NCBI GenBank assembly: GCA_043744315.1
Contig: JAYTUX010000320.1
Span: 662-64,661 of the forward strand
Direction of reading: 5' to 3'
Source: Betaproteobacteria bacterium
GTDB lineage: Bacteria > Pseudomonadota > Gammaproteobacteria > Burkholderiales > Usitatibacteraceae
Length of the DNA: 64,000 bases
Below, piece by piece: positions 59,460 to 64,000 of this stretch (position 1 is the first letter of the stretch; each line of letters begins with the position of its first letter). The notes under the pieces were generated by a model. That model did no database searches. It had not been told where the DNA came from and saw only the letters and a list, made by a program, of their open reading frames with translations. Made by a program: the position numbers and the translations under genes.

Positions 59460-60649
59460 CAAAATACCCCTGTTGATTTCATGCGCGCCAATTCATCGGC
59501 ACCAATTCCCAACTCACCAAGAATTTCCTCAGTGTGCTCGCCGCGCCGCGGCGCTGCACGCGAAATGCGGCTGGGCGTGCGTTCAAGTTGCATCGGCTGT
59601 CCCATCAATCGCTGCGGTCCGTGATGTGCCGACACCACCTCCTGCACCATCTGCAAATGTTTGATCTGCGGCTCATCGAAAACTTCCTGCACATTGTTGA
59701 TATGCCCGCAGGCCACACCATCGGCATTGAAGCGCTCGATCCAGTAATCGCGATCCTGATTTGCAAGGCGCGCATTGATTGCCGCATTGAGCGCATCGCG
59801 ATTTACCGAGCGACTCGCCTTGTCGCGGAAACGATCATCGGTGACCCACTCCGGCGCACCGAGCGTCGCGCAAAAACGTTCCCAGATTTTCGAGCCGAAT
59901 ACCGCGATGTTCATGTAGCCATCGCGCGCTTTATATACGCCGGTGGGGATGCTGGTCGGATGATAGTTGCCCGCTTGGCCCGCCACTTCGCCATCGATCA
60001 ACCAGCGTGAGGTTTGAAAATCCATCATGTACACCATCGATTCCAGCAATGAGGTATGCAGCCATTGACCCTTGCCGGAGGTTTCTCGTTCCAGCAGTGC
60101 CACCAATATGCCTTGCGCCGCGAAAATGCCCGCGCACAAATCCGCGATCGGAATCCCCACACGTACCGGCCCTTGCTCCGGAAGGCCCGTGACCGACATG
60201 AGGCCGCCCATACCTTGGGCGATCTGATCGAAGCCGGGACGATTCGCGAGCGGGCCGGTTTGACCGAAGCCCGAGATGCTCGCGTACACGAGGCGCGGAT
60301 GATGTTTCGCAAGCGTCTCGTAATCAATGCCCAAACGGAATTTAACGTCAGGCCGAAAATTCTCGACCACCACATCCGCCGTCGAGATCAATCGCTTTAA
60401 CGTATCGATGCCTTCGGCTGCTTTCAGATTGAGCGTGACGGAGCGCTTGTTGCGGTGCGTGTATTGATAGTCCGAGCCATCCTGCCCGCCGAGCGTATCG
60501 TCGCCGCGCATGTGCTCGGGCATCTGCACCTGGATCACGTCCGCGCCCCAATCGGCGAGTTGCCGGCAGGCCGTTGGACCGGCGCGGACCTGCGTCAGAT
60601 CGATGACGCGAAAACGTTGCAGCGCGGCAGAAGCGGGCAGGTGGGGCAT
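59459..60649 (-). CDS. family III CoA-transferase (CaiB/BaiF)
   Basis: RVIDLTQVRAGPTACRQLADWGADVIQV. ATG at 60649. Confidence 0.85.
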   Translation of the reverse strand: MPHLPASAALQRFRVIDLTQVRAGPTACRQLADWGADVIQVQMPEHMRGDDTLGGQDGSDYQYTHRNKRSVTLNLKAAEGIDTLKRLISTADVVVENFRPDVKFRLGIDYETLAKHHPRLVYASISGFGQTGPLANRPGFDQIAQGMGGLMSVTGLPEQGPVRVGIPIADLCAGIFAAQGILVALLERETSGKGQWLHTSLLESMVYMMDFQTSRWLIDGEVAGQAGNYHPTSIPTGVYKARDGYMNIAVFGSKIWERFCATLGAPEWVTDDRFRDKASRSVNRDALNAAINARLANQDRDYWIERFNADGVACGHINNVQEVFDEPQIKHLQMVQEVVSAHHGPQRLMGQPMQLERTPSRISRAAPRRGEHTEEILGELGIGADELARMKSTGVF

Positions 60650-60736
60650 CGACGGGGATTCCGGTGACACGGCGCTGGTGAAGTTTCGCCGCACCCGAGT
60701 GTAACTATTTTCCGCGCAGCAATGCGTTGCCGAAGG

Positions 60737-61789
60737 TCAACGCGTTTCAGTAATTTTGCGCAGATGCGGCGGACGATCCGGGTCATATCCGCGAGCCACC
60801 GATAGTGCGTTGGCGAGCTTGTAGAAAATCTGCGCGAATAGTAATGGCTGAATGACGGGATGCGCGTCGATGGTCGGCAATACGATTGCACCCGCGACCG
60901 AACTGCCCGCGATCATTACCTTCACCTCGCGCGCAATCAAGTCCCGTGCCAGCGCCTCAAGATCATCGCGCGTCTCATCATCCTGCGCAAAAATCAGCGC
61001 CGGAAAATTAGCGCTCAACAACGCCTGCGGCCCGTGCCGCACCTCCGCGCCGCTGAAGGCCTCAGCGTGAAGGTGACACGTCTCCTTGCACTTCAGCGCC
61101 GCCTCCTGCGCAATGCCGAGGCCCACGCCGCGCGCGATCACAAACAGATGGCGCGTTTCGCGCAGGACAGGCATTGCTGCGCTCCAATCGAGTTGCCACG
61201 CGCGTGTGAGGGCGTCGGGTGCAAACTTTAGCGCGTCGAGCAGGGTCGCATCCTCAGTCCATGCGGCGACCAAATGCACGATCGCCGCAAGCGACGCGAT
61301 GTAGGATTTGGTGGCCGCCACACTTTTTTCCGGCCCGGCCGACAGCGGCAGCAAAAAATCCGCAACCTCCGCGAGCGGCGTATTGTCGGCATTCACCAGC
61401 GCCAACACTTTCGCTCCTGCGTCCTTGGCGGCGCGCGCGGCCGACACCAAGTCGGGACTGCGGCCCGATTGCGAAATCGCCAGAAACAGGCAATCGCGCA
61501 AATCCTGTTTCACGCCATAAACCGAGCTCACCGATGGCGACGCGGATGACGTGAGGACGCCGAGCCGCGTTTCCACCAGATATTTCGCGAACGTCGCTGC
61601 GTGATCGGAGCTGCCGCGCGCGCAGGTGACCACTGCACGTGGCTTGAGTGAACGCAAGCGCGCACCGAGTTCAAGCGCGCCTGCATGATTGCGTTCAAAT
61701 TGCGCGCGCACCGCATCGGCGGATTGCGCGGCTTCGCGAAACATGTGGGTGGTTTCTGCGGTGATCAGTGGGGACTCAAGTTTTGCCAT
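60737..61789 (-). CDS. SIS-domain sugar-phosphate isomerase/deaminase (GlmS C-terminal-like; NagB-II-like)
   Basis: Two SIS repeats (CARGSSDHAA..., ISQSGRSPD, VAATKSY). It lacks the glutaminase domain. Start is ATG 61789 or TTG 61795. Confidence 0.7.
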   Translation of the reverse strand: MAKLESPLITAETTHMFREAAQSADAVRAQFERNHAGALELGARLRSLKPRAVVTCARGSSDHAATFAKYLVETRLGVLTSSASPSVSSVYGVKQDLRDCLFLAISQSGRSPDLVSAARAAKDAGAKVLALVNADNTPLAEVADFLLPLSAGPEKSVAATKSYIASLAAIVHLVAAWTEDATLLDALKFAPDALTRAWQLDWSAAMPVLRETRHLFVIARGVGLGIAQEAALKCKETCHLHAEAFSGAEVRHGPQALLSANFPALIFAQDDETRDDLEALARDLIAREVKVMIAGSSVAGAIVLPTIDAHPVIQPLLFAQIFYKLANALSVARGYDPDRPPHLRKITETR

Positions 61790-61959
61790 ACTCAACCATT
61801 ATCGATTCGACTCAACGGAAAATCCGGCGGGCCTTCTGTTTATCGTGCCGCACGAACCAGAATCGTGCACGCCCCGCACAAAATGAGATAGAACGCCATT
61901 TGGTGGGCTTTTCGGGCTAAAAACGGCCCAAACGCCGCACCAGTGCTAGACTGTATACA

Positions 61960-63570
61960 TCACATCTGCGCCTGAAACACATGCCCCGCATGCTCCCGCA
62001 TCGCGTGGAATTTCACTGCCGGAAAGCGCTCCGAGACCACTTCCAATTCCGCTGCATGGGTGGCGAGAAACGCGGGCGCTTCCACCACGTCATAGGCAAC
62101 GCGATGCGCATTCGCCTCGATGAATTTCCGCAGCATTGCCGCATCGTCGCACGTTACCCAACGTGCCAGCCGATAGCGCGAAGGTTCCAGCCGCGCGTCC
62201 ACGTTGTATTCTCCTTTCAATCTATGCAGCACCACTTCAAATTGCAGCGTGCCGACCGCGCCGAGCAATAGACTGCCTCCCGCGACCGGACGAAACACCT
62301 GAATCGCACCTTCTTCGCCAAGCTGCTGCAAGCCGGTGCGAAGTTGTTTGGATTTCATCGGGTCTTTCAATTCCACCGTCTGAAAAATTTCCGGCGCGAA
62401 GTAGGGCAGGCCGGTGAATTGCAGGTTTTCGCCTTCGGTCAGCGTATCGCCCAATCGTAACGTGCCGTGATTGGGGATGCCGATGATGTCGCCCGAATAC
62501 GCTTCTTCCAATAGCTCGCGGCGCTGTGATAAAAACGACACGACGGTGCTGGGGCGAATATCCTTTCCGTTGCGGCACACACGCAATTTCATGCCGCGCG
62601 CAAATTTTCCCGAACACACTCGCAGAAACGCAATGCGATCACGATGCGCGGGATCCATGTTCGCCTGAATTTTGAAACACACACCGGTAAAGGGTTTTTC
62701 GTCCGGCATCACCACGCGCTGCAATGCCGCGCGCGGCGCGGGAGGAGGTGCTAGATCAACCAACGCATCGAGCACTTCGCGCACGCCGAAATTGTTCACG
62801 GCCGAGCCAAAAAAAAGCGGCGATTGTTTGGCGGCGAGAAATTCATTGCGATCAAACGCAGGGCTCGCTTCGCGGATCAGGCCAATCTCGTTACGCGCTT
62901 GAGTGTGTTCGGCACCAAACCGTTCGGCGGCGAGCGGATTATCAAGACCATCTAGAATTTCATCATCGTCATGCATCCGGTCTTCGCCCGCCTGAAAGAC
63001 GCGCATGCTGTTCAAGCGCATATCGTAGACGCCGCCAAATTGCCGTCCCATGCCGACCGGCCACGTGAACGGCACCGCATCCATGTTCAACACGCGCTCG
63101 ACTTCTTCCATCAATTCCAGCGGTGGTCGCACTTCGCGATCCATCTTGTTGATGAACGTGAGGATGGGCGTATTGCGCGCGCGGCAAACTTCGATCAATC
63201 GAAGCGTCTGTGCCTCAACACCTTTGGCCGCGTCGATCACCATTAGCGCGGCGTCTACCGCTGTCAGCACGCGGTACGTGTCTTCGGAAAAATCCTGGTG
63301 GCCCGGCGTATCCAGCAGATTCACCACGCAATCGCGGTACTCCATCTGCATGACTGAGCTCGCGACCGAAATGCCGCGCTGCTTCTCGATCTCCATCCAG
63401 TCGGAGGTGGCGTGGCGGCTCGCCTTTCGGGCTTTCACGCTACCCGCAATCTGGATCGCGCCTGCGAATAAGAGCAACTTTTCCGTAAGCGTGGTCTTGC
63501 CCGCGTCCGGGTGGGAGATGATCGCAAACGTGCGTCTGCGCTTGATTTCGGTGGAAAAGTTGGAACTCAT
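61960..63570 (-). CDS. prfC: peptide chain release factor 3
   Basis: GTPase motifs AIISHPDAGKTTLTEK, DTPGHQDF and NKMD. ATG at 63570 (MSSNFSTEIKRRRTF). Confidence 0.93.
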   Translation of the reverse strand: MSSNFSTEIKRRRTFAIISHPDAGKTTLTEKLLLFAGAIQIAGSVKARKASRHATSDWMEIEKQRGISVASSVMQMEYRDCVVNLLDTPGHQDFSEDTYRVLTAVDAALMVIDAAKGVEAQTLRLIEVCRARNTPILTFINKMDREVRPPLELMEEVERVLNMDAVPFTWPVGMGRQFGGVYDMRLNSMRVFQAGEDRMHDDDEILDGLDNPLAAERFGAEHTQARNEIGLIREASPAFDRNEFLAAKQSPLFFGSAVNNFGVREVLDALVDLAPPPAPRAALQRVVMPDEKPFTGVCFKIQANMDPAHRDRIAFLRVCSGKFARGMKLRVCRNGKDIRPSTVVSFLSQRRELLEEAYSGDIIGIPNHGTLRLGDTLTEGENLQFTGLPYFAPEIFQTVELKDPMKSKQLRTGLQQLGEEGAIQVFRPVAGGSLLLGAVGTLQFEVVLHRLKGEYNVDARLEPSRYRLARWVTCDDAAMLRKFIEANAHRVAYDVVEAPAFLATHAAELEVVSERFPAVKFHAMREHAGHVFQAQM

Positions 63571-64000
63571 GTTTGGGCTTGAATGATTGCCATGCAAAAA
63601 CGAACGATTATCGCATTGCCATAAAGCCATTTCAAAGCACACATTGCGGCGGACCATATGATGGTCGATCAAAATCCCGGCGTGCCGGTGAAGGATTCTC
63701 CCGTGCCTTGTTGATAACGATTACGACATGGCGGATGGCTAGCCGCATATTTCCCGGGTCGGCCCCGCTCTATTGCGGGTTGCCCAGCGGAAAATGTTGG
63801 CGACGTCGATTCCAATTGGTTCTTTCAGTTCACGCTTGGCCTGCAGGTTCGATAACGAGCCGCTGGACATGCGCTTTTCCGCTCTCTTCCCGCGGAATGC
63901 CTCGACATTCCTCCTTCAGTTGAGCGAAAAATCACACCCCCATCGACTCATTCTCGAATGCGCCCCCGGAAAATATGCAGGCTAGTTTCGCAACACAGAC

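Noticed and set aside
63573-64000. ORFs at the window end (63573-63923 +, 63773-63985 +), plus a short minus-strand reading frame entering from beyond 64000.
   Set aside because: The translations are not protein-like, and the minus-strand frame closes after about 22 codons. There is too little sequence to call a partial gene.

Overview
This is a 64-kb chromosomal segment of a Gram-negative proteobacterium with moderately high GC by eye. Gene order hints at a betaproteobacterial-type or related lineage: infA-rpmJ sits inside the spc/alpha ribosomal cluster, thrB-DUF2782-polA are neighbours, and there is a Bug/TctC-family binding protein. Taxonomy cannot be settled without a search.

Content in order:
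- leuS N-terminus, a FecR/SPOR-like secreted protein and uvrD.
- A translationally coupled minus-strand operon: orphan periplasmic binding protein, S1 serine protease, FHA-domain membrane protein.
- A BPSS1780-like membrane protein, thrB, DUF2782 and a LOG-family protein, then polA.
- An accessory stretch of about 8 kb (13.5-21.5 kb).
- The spc and alpha ribosomal operons (rplN through rplQ, including secY, infA, rpmJ and rpoA), with no S10 operon or rpsQ upstream.
- A 17-kb LacI-controlled beta-1,3-glucan (laminarin-type) utilisation locus: TonB-dependent receptor, tryptophan-halogenase-like flavoprotein, a 1142-aa GH94/GH149-like putative phosphorylase, ABC importer, GH1, GH16 and GH17.
- Entner-Doudoroff genes edd-eda-zwf, with divergent hexR-pgi.
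- tRNA-Ala(CGC).
- A Bug / quinone-oxidoreductase / enoyl-CoA hydratase / CoA-transferase operon, a SIS-domain sugar-phosphate enzyme and prfC.

The most unusual content is in the accessory stretch. It carries three paralogous, independently transcribed small genes. Each has the same promoter architecture, a strong Shine-Dalgarno sequence (SD) and its own terminator. Each encodes a Sec signal/anchor followed by two tandem TonB-box motifs (e.g. DTIVVTASR) and nothing else. I do not recognise this family.

No CRISPR array, rRNA, IS element, integrase or obvious defence genes were seen. Coordinates for starts that differ from the ORF track were derived by hand and are less certain than stops.
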